DNA of 43,673 bases from Nemertoderma westbladi (lineage: Eukaryota > Animalia > Xenacoelomorpha): assembly GCA_032718475.1 (NCBI GenBank), contig JAUCBJ010008531.1, positions 1 through 43,673 of the forward strand. The letters are read 5' to 3'. Shown here in pieces: positions 12,373 to 24,140 of the stretch. Each line of letters begins with the position of its first letter. Positions within the stretch are counted from its first letter, which is position 1. The notes beneath the pieces were generated by a model, which was not told where the DNA came from, ran no database searches, and saw only the letters and a list, made by a program, of their open reading frames with translations. The translations under genes were made by a program, and so were the position numbers.

Positions 12373-13209
12373 ATTTCCCTGAGTACCCGTGGTGAAAGAC
12401 TTAAGACCACTTTGAAATATTTAATTCATGTTTGTATCATCAGATAATAAATTGACTAAGCCTAAAGTAGGAGCTGTATTGAATGTTAACCAATTTAATA
12501 TATAAATTACTACAATATTATATAATTCAACAAAATCCTATTAAAAATATTGCAAGTAACCAGGAAATTTAATATGTAGTGTGTATAATATCTATATAGT
12601 ATGAAGGGTAGTAATATGTATATCAATATGTAATGCTGAACACAGAATACAGGTCGACGACGCATGTCGATTTTACCCTGGAGAGGTATAATTTTGATTG
12701 CAACAATAATATTCATCCCCATCTGCTACAATTTGAAGAAGACTATTACATAATAATACCTATAATTAAAACAATTAATTATTATAATTCTATAGTTAAT
12801 AAAAACAGTATATCATTCCGGGGATGGAATTTATAGGTCATCTAATATAATTAATTGTTTAAAGATTAGCAAACAATACGATGTAATTGCATTGATAAAA
12901 CCCATAAATAAAACTTGGATATAAAATCTAAAATCGGGATGCAAAAGATCACTTTCTGAGCTACGAAAGGAAAATTGGATACAACTTATCTGGATACAAG
13001 CGGTCCGTTTACTTTACAAAATGAAAAATACGAATGTGCGAAGTTAAGAACAGTCGGGGGGGAAGTGTCCGCGGGGGGGGGGGGGGAAGTGTCTGGGGGG
13101 GAACTGTCCGGGGGGGAAGTGTCCGGGGGGGGAAGTGTCTGGGGGGGAAGTGTCTGGGGGGGGAAGTGTCCGGGGGGGGGAAGTGTCCGAACACCCACGG
13201 CACATTTTA

Positions 13210-13402
13210 ATTGGGGGCTGCCGCCCCCAAACCCCCGCTTCTTTTGTTGGGGGCTACCGCCCCCAAACCCCCGCTTCTTTTGTTGGGGGCTGCCGCCCCC
13301 AAACCCCCGCTTCTTTTGTTGGGGGCTACCGCCCCCAAACCCCCGCTTCTTTTGTTTGGGGCTACCGCCCCCAAACCCCCGCTTCTTTTGTTGGGGGCTA
13401 CC
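13210..13402. repeat. 36-bp GC-rich tandem repeat, about 5.3 copies (same family as 12200-12372)
   Basis: Same unit and same orientation. Confidence 0.9.
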
Positions 13403-13899
13403 GAACACCGAACACCGATTGGGATGAGAACATGATTAAATTGTATGTTTCTACCTTCCCTATATATTGCCGAGTATGGTCACAAACATGATGTCACTGA
13501 ATGGATCTGTACGTTTTCAGTTTCTGCTATATGGGGTTTTATTGATAATTATGAGTACATGATAATTATAACTATAAAGTTTTATTATTTTTTAAGTTTT
13601 AATGATTTAATATAATGAATATGGCAAATTTCTATGATGTTTTATAAAATAATAATGTTTTTTTATTGGGAAACGCTGGACCCTCTTAATGTTATTTATT
13701 TATGTTGTTAGTTATGACTTTTAGAGTCGAGTGAGTGCGTGCGATAACTAACTAGCTCTCAATATTTAATTTAAAAAAGCAAAAAGTTATTTTACATCTC
13801 CTTCCGAGGTTGCTGTAAGCGTTTACGGTTTTAACCGTAAAGAAGCAGGATCCTCCGTGATGTAGTGATGATAAACTTGCCTTCAGAGAAGGTTTGATT

Positions 13900-14030
13900 C
13901 CATACTCCTTGATGGAATATTCTTCTATACTGCTGAGTAATATTTGATTACCATCCAATGTTTCTAACATTAAACTCAGATCATCTGCAAAGTCAAAGCC
14001 CATCAAGTTTATTGGCGGTTTACTTTACTA
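13900..14030 (-). mobile_element. Small LINE reverse-transcriptase fragment (RTE-like)
   Basis: LMGFDFADDLSLMLETLDGNQILLSSIE contains the FADD catalytic motif in a DFADDxxL context. Confidence 0.65.
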
Positions 14031-14459
14031 AGAAATATTACACTAGGTAGTAAATTACGGCCTCACTACAAGCCATAGGGGTTCATTTATTAATTCTACC
14101 CCCACCAACACCCCCCCCCCCCCCCGTATCAGATTGATGCATTTAATTTGATAATAAAAAATTATTCTTTTGATAATTTAATCAATAAAACCCTTTTAAT
14201 ACTGTATATTAAAATTCACATAAATGACGAAAATAATGAACTCGTTGAATAAGTTAGTAGTTATATAAAATCGTAGTTAAATAAAATCGTCATATGACGC
14301 CTATAGATTGGTACCTAGCTATAGTACAGTAGGTCATGCGACATCGCATTCAATATTACCTTTAACTATTTTCCTACTGGACTCTTTATTACCGTGGATT
14401 CAAATCAACACACTGGACAAGCGATAGCCACTAATAAGACAGTTAATAAATTGTAGCGT

Positions 14460-15530
14460 AAATTCTTATTATGTGGTTACAGTCCAATAAATGCATCAGA
14501 ACCAGAGCAAGCAGTCAAGTTTTATTAGGATCTGAACGGACATTTAAAGGACATTCCGAAACACAAAGTAGCTGGACTCCTGACGCGAAAATTCTACAAA
14601 AGTCTTTAACATGCCCCAATGCAGCGGGTTTGCATTAAGTGTGCGATATGGCTGGGTGCGAGCAAATCCCACACTGTGGCGTCCCAACAGAGCATGCAGC
14701 CACCCATGGTTCTATGAAATAGCAGTTACCCAATCAACCCGCGTCCCATTGCCTCGACAAAGACCTTACGGTTCCAGTTTAGTCGGAACTCCACAGCTGG
14801 CCAATGACCTGTGTGTCTGGGGTGTCAACCAGCACTTCACTGTCACAATAAACCATGTAATCCATATCTGGTTTACCACAGCGAGTGCAACTGTGGGGTT
14901 TGGTAGCCTTGCATCCGAGTCGCGTGGCGATGGAGATACGAAAATGCGACTTGCTGAGTTTCAGCCCGAGGGATGCTGCCAGAACTGCGTCGAGACAACA
15001 TCCAACAACACTGCAGTTGATCGAGTTCAGACGCGCGACTTCAGATGGAGTGGACGATGAGTGGAGGTTCATCTGTTTTTCCTGGATGGAAGGGCGCAAC
15101 CACACACTCTGTAGGGTGGAGGTGGGGATGGGTTCGTCTATGGGGACTGTGGAGCGCCATAGCTGCTGAGCCTGGATGCACACCAGGTTGGCTCTGGATG
15201 CATTTGCGTGAAGAGACGATCCGCCTAATCGGCGCAGGCAGCCGCAGTAGCCAAGAAGGTGGAAGGTGCTAGCTGCATGGCGCTGGTCAAGCCGAGACCC
15301 CCTACTTGGGCTGGGAGACAGGACTGCTGCCACACCCTGTCGTCGCGATGACCAAGAGAGCATCTCTAACTAAGAGGTCGAACTCAGTGAGGAGCTTGGG
15401 CTTGGTGAAACAGGGCGCAGTACAGAGGAAGTAAGTTAGGCGAGGGATGGAGAATGAGTGTTTGAGGAGGTAGAAGGCAAGATGGGAATCTATCAGTGGC
15501 AGGCGGGATGCTAGAGTTGAGAGGTCATAA
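14460..15530 (-). mobile_element. Decayed CRE-like non-LTR retrotransposon with restriction-like endonuclease, 3' portion
   Basis: IDSHLAFYLLKHSFSIPRLTYFLCTAPC; ARLNS...LDAVLAASLGLKLSKSHFRISIATRLG...PHSCTRCG; LEP*GLCRGNGTRVD...CWDATVWDLLAPSHI (RPD...WDAT-type RLE); stops and frameshifts present. Confidence 0.8.
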
Positions 15531-16884
15531 ACCTTCCTCCACAGACAAGATTCGATTGCTGCTTCACCTATTGAGGCATTCAGGCCGATGGCCTGTACGA
15601 CATCCTAGAGTAGTATTGGATTTCAGTAATTATACATACAACTGTACTATTTTATTTATTTATTTTTTTACTTTTATTTATTAATTCATTTTACATTTCC
15701 CACCGTAGTTAATCTTCTGCTGGATTGATTTTTTTTTTACTTTTTACATAATATTCACAAGGTCATAATTAATTTACATTTATTTACAGTATTTCCATAG
15801 GTATCATTTTTTTAGCGATTTTAATGACTTTAACCTCTTGCCATAACAGTTTTTTTATTTTCCAGTAATAATATTTTAATAGTAATTTTAATTATTGATC
15901 TTTGAACATAAATAGGTAATACTGTAATAATATGTCAACTTTTAAGAGTATTTTAAAAATTTTACTGTTTATCTTTTTTTTTAATTCGCCAGGAGCAGGA
16001 ATGAATGTGACTTGAATTATGCATTGCCTTAATTTACTTCCATTTTACCTAGCAAAGGGTTAATATCTGTGAATAGTCTCGTAAATATATTTAGCTCAAT
16101 AATTATATTTTTTTTAAATGACCCATCTCAAGGCATCGCAATTTACTTTCACTTTATCAACGTAATTCACTTTATCCTTTGGCGTAAACCCTCCGAATAT
16201 CCCTCCGAATAGTATCATGTTCTATCAATGTCCGAATGTATTTTATTGATTCACAGAAAATATCTTGTTGAGGTAGTATTATTCTAGCTGCATGTTACAA
16301 CGGCTAGGACATTTTTATATAGACCAACGGGAAAAACCACATTTACATTTTGCCCGAGTTCGTCATTCAACTGTAGCTATCTGGGCTGCAGCATTAGAGA
16401 GTCCGCTCTCTTCATGAAGGCCGCAATATACTACTATAATATCAAAGACAAATAATATTAAGATTTGTTAATAATTTCTCAAATATTTTTGTTTTGAAAT
16501 ATATATTAATTCTACATCTAAAAAAAACGATTACAAACTGATGCGTTAGAAAAAACTGATAAATTATAGTTCCCTGATATGAGGGTTGTGGTGGCAGCAC
16601 CTGCTTCCTCTTCATTTTATCATTTGCACTATTACATACAATAAATCACAGATGATTAATTTTTATTACTTCCAGGTTTTATGGAGCCCACTTTCCATAC
16701 AGGCATCTCTCGTAGATTAAATTCATTTTAATGATGATTGAACTACACCTGCAGGAATAATACAGTGTATCATTATACTGCCTATCAGTCTCTTAAAGTC
16801 CAAACGTTGAAAACTAATTACTACGACTTAATTGGAACTGTATTTATGTTTGGGTTTCTATGGGGTAATGTGAAGTAAAGAAAA

Positions 16885-18560
16885 TACTTCCACAGTAAAC
16901 CCTTTCCACTCTGTTTCCCAATGGAATGCCTGTTCACCACCATGGGTGATCTTCCACAGTAAACCCTTCCACTCTGTTTCCAAGAAGAACAAAATCATGA
17001 CAATCAACCTAGACAGCCCTCAAGAAATGTCTGGTCATAAGCATAAGCTCTAAGGACGGCTTGCTTGATCACGTAAATGACTTCTGCTACTTGGGATCAT
17101 GCATCAGAAAGTCAGGTGAAGACCTTGGTATATGTAAGAGGAAGGCATGGGCAGTGTTAAATAGTCTGTCCGGGTTTTGGAAGTCTTATAGAATAAAACA
17201 ACCTTAAGGTTCTATTATCTATGGCTGTAGTAGTACCAGTACTCTTATAGAGGATACCAAATCTCTGGAGGGCACCTTCACAAGAATGCTGCGCCGGGTT
17301 CACTGTCTCAAGTACAATGAACACATCTCCAACCAGACTCCATACAACATTGGAGGTGTTCCATTAATTTCCCCTAGCTTGACACTTGAACGGAACCGCC
17401 TCCGCTTTGCAGGACATTGCTTTCGCTGTGAGGACCATACAGTGCATAACCTTGTGCTTTGGCGCCCTCATGGAGTGAATAAGCATGGTGGATAACCTAT
17501 GAATTTCTTGAGACGCATCTTAAAGGACACTGGCCTTGAAGAAGCGGTGATCTAGCAAATGTCATGGGTGATAGGGAATTGTGGCGGCGCAATTTTGTCG
17601 ACAAGCCGGCACAGCATTCTTAATATATATGTAATATATATATAATGCAGCTGCAATGCAGTGATCGTAGTAGTAGTAGTTCTTAAAGGAATGCATGTTC
17701 ACCACCATGGGTGATCTTCCACAGTAAACCCTTCTTCCACCTTGTTTCATTAAGGAATGCCTGTTCACCACCATAGGTGATCTTCCACAGTAAACCATTC
17801 CACTCTGTTTCCTAAAATAATGTCTGTTCACCACCATGGGCGATCTTCCACAGTAAACCCTTCCACTCTGCTTCCTAAAGGAATGCCTGTTCACCATCAC
17901 GGGTGTTCTCCCACAGTAAACTATTCCACTGTTTCCTAAAGGAATGACTGTTCACCGGGGTGGGTGATCTTCCTCACCAAAACCTTCCACTCTGTTTCCT
18001 AAAGGAATGCCTGTTCACCGGGGTGATTGATCTTACACAGTAAACCATTCCACTCTAATTCCTAACGGAATGCCTGTTCACTACCATGGCTAATTTTCCA
18101 CTGTAAACCCTTCCGCTCCGTTTCCTAAAGGAATACCTATTCACCACCGTGGGTCACCTTCCACAACAAACCCTTCCACACTGTTTCCTAAAGGAATGCC
18201 TGTTCACTACCATGGGTGATCTTCCACAGTAAACCCTTCCACTCAGTTTCCTAAAGGAATGCATCTTCACCACCATGGGTGATCTTCCACAGTAAACCCT
18301 TCTTTCTCTCTGGTTCCCAAAAGAATGCCTGTTCACCACCATGGCTGATCTTCCTCACTAAAACCTTCCAGTCTGTGTCCTAAAGGAATGCCTGTTCACT
18401 ACCATGGGTGATCTTCCACAGTAAACCCTTTCACTCTGGTTTCCAAAAGAATGCCTGTTCACCACCATGGGTGATCTTCCACAGTAAACTCTTCCACTCT
18501 GGTTCCTAAAAGAATGCCAGTTCACCATCATGGGTGATCTTCAGTCGTAAACCCTTTCCT
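16885..18560. repeat. 63-bp minisatellite (about 1.5 + 14 copies) interrupted by an RTE-like LINE
   Basis: Unit ttcctaaaggaatgcctgttcaccaccatgggtgatcttccacagtaaacccttccactctgt; gives 21-aa periodic spurious ORFs. Confidence 0.92.
16982..17680 (+). mobile_element. 5'-truncated RTE-like LINE, 3' end
   Basis: LDHVNDFCYLGS...KRKAWAVLNSL..FWKS; TFTRMLRRV...RNRLRFAGHCFR...LVLWRPHG...ILKDTGL; ends in a (tag)n tail at about 17667-17680. Confidence 0.85.
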
Positions 18561-18569
18561 CTCAGTCTC

Positions 18570-18718
18570 CTGTCACCTTGTTTCTCATTTATTGAGCAGT
18601 CAAGATTAGAGACTGGATTGGGCTAGGCTGCAACACTGTACCCAAACAGTGCTGCCCCATCGAACCAGGGCCTCCTTGCTGGAAGCCCAGTAATATCACT
18701 ACTAGACCATGCAGCTGC
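18570..18718 (-). mobile_element. tRNA-derived SINE head (Pol III A and B boxes)
   Basis: Minus strand reads gcagctgcaTGGTCTAGTAGtg...ggcttccagc...cctGGTTCGATggg; no intact acceptor or T stem, so not a functional tRNA. Confidence 0.55.
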
Positions 18719-18727
18719 TTGGTCTAG

Positions 18728-18789
18728 TGTATAGTGCATACGGCCTTAAGCCTGACTAAGGACCGTTCATTTTTAGTTTTGATTAGACA
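18728..18789 (+). repeat. 5' LTR (62 bp)
   Basis: tgtatagtgc...gattagaca, TG...CA, 60/62 identical to 22755-22816. Confidence 0.9.
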
Positions 18790-18809
18790 TGGCACAGTTT
18801 GTAGGATTC
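18790..18809 (+). promoter_or_regulatory. Primer-binding site, probably for tRNA-Ser
   Basis: tggcacagtttgtaggattc directly follows the LTR and resembles the complement of an invertebrate tRNA-Ser 3' end as I recall it (tggcgcagtcggtaggattc). Confidence 0.65.
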
Positions 18810-21800
18810 CAGTACTGCAGTACAGCAGCACAATCACTGCACCCTATTCACATGCAACATGCAATAGGCCTACAGGACGAAGACCAGACTCTGCTTTCCT
18901 GCATTATTCTGTTCAAAATCATTTTAAACTAACTACACGGATTTCTCATATTTTGGCGAATAATATAATTAATCTCATATTATGCCAGGTGACAACCGAG
19001 ACTCATGGTGTTTCATCTTACGAGCACCAGCGCCCAAGTACGACCTCGAAACGGAGAAGGATTCCTGGCCATTGTGGAAGGATGACTGGGATGCATTTAC
19101 CATCTCATCTGGCCTGGTGAACCTCTACACGGAGGACCCCTCCCCAAACCCCGACGCAGCAGTATCAGCCACCATGGCACAACTAACTGCTTTCCACACT
19201 CGGGCTGCAGTACAGGGCACATTTTCCCACCACACCAACAGCATCGTTAAGGGGCTCGCTCTCACCACCATTGAAAATAGAGATGGTAATAGCGAAACTT
19301 GGTACTCACATTGACAGAGGAACTAACAAGCATGTATACCGCCAGGAACTCGCCCGCCGATCACGCAATCAGAGTAACCCACAGAAAATTACCTTGTACA
19401 CCTTCGTAACATTGCTGCAAAGTGCCAGTTCCGCGGACTCCCCACAGACGAGGCACAAACTGAGAACCGAATCCTCGATCAGTTTATAGCCGGGTTTGGT
19501 GATAAAGACATCACTGAACATTTCCTCTAGCTTGAGCCCAGCAAAATCCTTGCTGATGCACTCACTATCGCTCAGTCTGTGTGGATAGCATGCAAAGACG
19601 CCCTCACCCACGCCACCACATTGCCAAGCGGACAACACATAGACACACCCACACTAGCAGCGACATCCGGGACGAATTGCACAACACATGGATGTCACAA
19701 TAATAACAACCAGGGTGACAGCCGCAGCTCAAACTGCGATAAATGTTGGTACCAACAACATAGAGCCGACAGGCGCTGCCTGGGAGAGAAGGCGAAGTGC
19801 TGGCACTGCTCCAATGTGGGGCACTATGTGGGGTACTGGATGTGTCTATCTCACGCCGGGATGGCACCCGTTACCAGGCCACAACGACCCCATGGGGCCA
19901 GACACCCACCCCAGGCCCACAGCATCTAGCTAGATGATTCAAATGACGGTCCCAGATACAAGCACCAACTTGATCACATCAACAATTCCCAACTATTGCA
20001 CACACATGGCGGTGGATGCGACATCCCCACAATCTGCAAACTCGAACAGGTGGAACCCATCAAAACGGTGTCCATTGACCTCCAGGTTACCAGGTCCCCC
20101 AATCACCCCCTCTTGGAGGTCCAGTTCCTCCCTGACAGTGGAGCAATCCTCACAGCATTGCCATACAATCTGTTCTTCTAGGAACTAGGAACCTGTCCAA
20201 TGCACACCCAGCACGTGGCCAATGGTTCCTGCGTTGGTTGGACAATTAAAGGTTTGTTTACCGGAACCCTGTGGTTCCCCCCATCTAGCCGCTGCTGCGA
20301 GACAGACATATGGGTATTAGACGGCCTCCAGCAACCCATATAGTCACGTAGAGCCTGCTTTATACTCGACATATTAAACACCGAACATTTGTGAGGTGGT
20401 TTAACCAGCGCCACGCCTCCAGGCATATCATCTACAAACATGGATGGTAAAGTAGCCCCACACCTCAAAGCCAACTTCCATGCACAGCAGGAATGGGCAG
20501 TGATACAGGTGCGCTTATCAGGTCCATTCTCCAGAGAATGCCACATAATGGCAGGTGGTGAAATAAAAATGAAATTACTGCCAGGTGCCAAACCCACATC
20601 TTCCTACTGCAACCACGCTATTCCACTCAACTTATTGGATGCATTTAATCGCGAAAGCGACGACCAACTTGACATGGGTATCATCGAGGAAGCCAATGAT
20701 GAGAACAACCCAGGCGAATGGCTGAACGCAAACTCAGTTTGAATAACTGTTGACTTACGGAAGCTCAACAAAGTGACTGTCCGCCCCACCAACTTCTCCC
20801 CCAGCCCATCCCATGTGGTCTCTACAATCCTGACATCCGCTGCAGTTTTCTCTGTGTTCGATGGACTCAATGGTTTCCACCAAGTTGGGCGAGATTAGGA
20901 GAGTCGCCACCTCACAATGTTTGTCACCACACACCATGGCTGCCTCTGGTACCTCTGCATGCCTATGGGCTGGCATGGGAGCCCCGAGGTCTTCCATGCC
21001 CAGATGGATGCGGTGCTCCATGGCATGCCTAACATCAGCAGAGTCGATATGGTCGTGGGACATATCAACACAGTCTCAAGAGGTCGCCCAATGGTCGCAA
21101 TACTGAATGACCACCGTCTCGTCCAGGTGCAAAATGACTGGCTCCTAAAATTAAAAACTGCATTTCACGGCACCTTATCGCCAACGCCTTCTCCCGTGCC
21201 CCCCAGTACAAACTACAACCTGACAACCTATTGCTAACCCCAACTGACAAAACGGATAGAACCTTTATGGTATCTGCTGCTATTGCCATGAAAACCACCC
21301 CATCGGACCTGGCTAAGCGTGATGCTCGACTACATCAAATTTGGAAGACAGCCCAATCTGATCCAACTTACACGACACTACTACATGCTATACAGGATGG
21401 ATGGTCCACTGCCAAACACAACGTTCAGGACGAGCTACTCTAACCCTACTTCAAGGAATGCTGTGACTTACAATTAGTGGATGATATCATCCCGTGAGGC
21501 CCACAACTATTCATCCCCTCATCCCTTTGACAACAAATCCTGCAACCACCAAGGACTCAACAAAACGCAAGAACATGCGAACTCATCAGTTTGGTGGCTC
21601 ACTATGCAACACGAACTCAAACAAACTATACAACGTTGTAAATCGTGTCAGAAACAACTTCCCTCCCAAGCGGTGGAACCACTACACTGCGGGGGGGGGG
21701 GGGGGGGGCTTTGGGGGCACTGCAATTGAAATGCAAAAAAAGGCCCCACAATTTGTATCAGAGGAGATGCGAAAGTTTCTACACACCTGGGGTGTGCATC

Positions 21801-22754
21801 TTGAACCATCCTTTACCATCCATTACACCACACCAACAGCCACGCAGAAGCCGCCGTAAAGGCAATGAAGAAACTCATCCTCGACTCCACATCGGGCTGC
21901 ACTCCAGACCCAGACCGGACCCCCCAGAGTATCATGGCCTTCAGGAACACGCACCTGATATTCGCTCCCCAGCTCAATTGATCTATGGCCACAATTTAAA
22001 GGAAGCCCTACCAGTACACTACCGCGCTTTTGACCAACGTTGGCGCAAAACTTTCCAACAGATGGATGAAGCTGCCGAGTCCATGTAGAAAAAACTGCAG
22101 TCCCACTATGACTCTGGAAAAAGCATGCTCCTTGAGCTGCCGCTAGGGGGCGCCGTCCTCATACAGGACCCGGCCACCAAGAGGTGGACTGGCACAGGCA
22201 CCATTGTAGAACTCGGCCAAAACCACGACTACCTGGTACGCCAGGAAAGCCGGAGGATCATCCAATGCAATAGAGTGTTCCTTCGCACCCATCACTTCCA
22301 GGTCCACTTACACAACCAAAGCCAAAAAATACATCCAGCCCCCAGCCACACAGGCTGAACCTAACTCCAATGTACCAGCAAGCCAACACAAAGCGGTACA
22401 ACAGGACGAATCAAGCAACCCTCTCAAGCAACGATCATGGGCTGATGTCGGAAGGGCACTGGCGAACCCCACCCCCAAAAACCTCATACCGAGCCCCAAC
22501 CAGACAACACATACCCACCACATACATACTCGCTCTGGTTCGTTGTATCATGAACCCCACCAGACCGTTATAGCAACAGCCAATACTATTAAATATAATT
22601 AAATCGTCTTAACTCTAATGCTTTCATTATCACCCCGCTTTTATAAGGGGGTATGCATGCATAATAATTATATACTTATTACGTTTTTGTCCTGTGTTTT
22701 TGTTCTGTTTACATTAGATCCAGTATCACCCGCCGTCCTCTACGGGGGTATGTA

Positions 22755-22816
22755 TGTATAGTGCATACGGCCTTAGGCCTGACTAAGGACCGTTCATCTT
22801 TAGTTTTGATTAGACA
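22755..22816 (+). repeat. 3' LTR (62 bp)
   Basis: Near-identical copy of 18728-18789, preceded by a short G-rich PPT-like cgggggta and followed by TSD tctag. Confidence 0.9.
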
Positions 22817-22971
22817 TCTAGTGTATAGTGTCTAGTGAAATAGTGTAAATATATAATAAATATATAACTATAATAAGGATTAATTGTTTTTATTTGAGGA
22901 TATCTACTGTGACTGGGTTACTGGGAAACTTTATAGCTGGTAGGGTAGATAGATAAGCAAATATTATAAGC

Positions 22972-23058
22972 TTTATTATTGTGGGGCGAGCCACGAAGTT
23001 GGCGGAGCCTTAGCGAATTGACACTGTTAGGGGGTGGGTCAATTTATGCAAATAGTTG

Positions 23059-23090
<32 letters not shown>

Positions 23091-23533
23091 GTCGTCGTTG
23101 TCGTCGTCGTCGTCGTCGTCGTCGTTACGATTTTGACATGCTAATAACTTTGTCGGATTTAAAGCTGCCAAGTTGAAAATTTGTAGGTATCAATATGAGC
23201 AAAAGTTGAGATTTTTGAGAGACTTTCAGACACCATCATTGCAATGGTCTCCCGCTAGAGGGCCACATGTCTAAACATTAAATGCCCTCCCATTTCTTTG
23301 CTTTTAATCCGTTTAAGCTGAAACTTGGCAGATATTTATTAGACCATTAGCTGTGACTTTCAAAGGAGGCGAATCCATCTGCAGTTCTCCAGTCTGCCGC
23401 TAGAGGGCCAAAGGTCTGAAAGTGAAAACAACTAACGACGACAACTATTTGCATAAATTGACCCACCCCCTAACAGTGTCAATTCGCTAAGGCTTCGCCA
23501 ACTTCGTGCTGCGCGAAGTCCCCACTTCGTGTT
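22972..23533 (+). mobile_element. Helentron-associated interspersed element (HINE/DINE-1-like)
   Basis: 74-bp inverted repeat with 1 mismatch (22992-23065 / 23435-23508), (gtc)n microsatellite, two diverged internal repeats, and a 3' stem-loop cgaagt-cccc-acttcg, in T-rich flanks. Confidence 0.65.
23057..23125. repeat. (GTC)n microsatellite
   Basis: About 22 gtc/gtt triplets. Confidence 0.95.
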
Positions 23534-23989
23534 ATCAATGTTTAGCAAATATAAACCCTAAATACCAAGTACAGTTTACCCGAGGCGACGATGGTTCTGA
23601 TGGTTTACATCTCCTCCTTTCGCTATGCTGCTCGGCATCATCTCACCCCAGCATCCTTTCTCATCTGAACGGAAGAACTTTTTCTACAAACACGAACTGG
23701 AAACAAATGAAATGTTACCGGAATGGTGGTGCCGGGTGTGTTTTACGAAATGGATGGTTGGTGGAAACGATGTAACTGTAGGGGCCTAATGTGTAACAGA
23801 GAGTTGATTTATCTGGAATCTGGTAGCCCCACCGCGATATCCGGGACATCGCCAATACACAGCTATTTGAGTTATTATACGTTGTATTGAGTTATGGGCA
23901 ACCATTTTAACAATGAACGAACATTTATTTTATATCTATTAATATCATACTGATGATACAACCGCCTGAAACTACTGTACTAAATAACA

Positions 23990-24140
23990 TCACACCTTCT
24001 CGAAACCCTCTCAAACCCTCACCTTCTCCAACCCCTCCACCCTCACCCTTCTCCAATCCCTCCAACCTCACCATTCTCCACCAACCCCCCCCCCCCCCCC
24101 CACCCCCACCTCACACTTCTCCAACCTCACCCTTCTCCTG
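23990..24140. repeat. Pyrimidine-rich low-complexity tract (ccctcacccttctccaa-like)
   Basis: Repeated cctcacc(c)ttctcc motifs and C runs. Confidence 0.75.

Larger units (their letters stand above)
11966..13416. mobile_element. Non-autonomous DNA transposon, MULE/Mutator-like, with repetitive inverted subtermini
   Basis: 9-bp direct repeat gattgggat at 11957-11965 and 13417-13425; ggacacttccccccc repeats at 11973-12070 mirrored by ggggggaagtgtcc repeats at 13055-13190. Confidence 0.7.
18728..22816 (+). mobile_element. Ty3/gypsy LTR retrotransposon, Mag-like, both LTRs present, coding region decayed with internal deletions
   Basis: TSD tctag (18723-18727, 22817-22821). Gag WPLWKDDWDAF and two Zn knuckles (CDKCWYQQH..C, CWHCSNVGHY..C); protease FLPDSGA; RT VDLRKLNK, FSVFDGLNGFHQV, MPMGWHGSPEVF; integrase HQGLNKT..CKSCQ, PQFVSEE, SPAQLIYG; many stops and frameshifts. 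Confidence 0.93.

Noticed and set aside
11861-13491. Proline/glycine-rich ORFs (FGGGSPQQKKRG, PPPNPRFFCWGL)
   Set aside because: Translations of stop-free 36-bp and poly-G/C transposon repeats, open in several frames on both strands
17562-18342. ORFs with MVVNRHSFRKQSGRVYCGRSP repeats
   Set aside because: By-product of the 63-bp satellite
18640-18718. Functional tRNA-Gly gene
   Set aside because: A and B boxes and a TCC loop are suggestive, but the acceptor and T stems do not pair; treated as a SINE head
22979-23176. Protamine-like poly-Arg ORF
   Set aside because: Translation of the (cgt)n microsatellite within a repeat element; TTG start only
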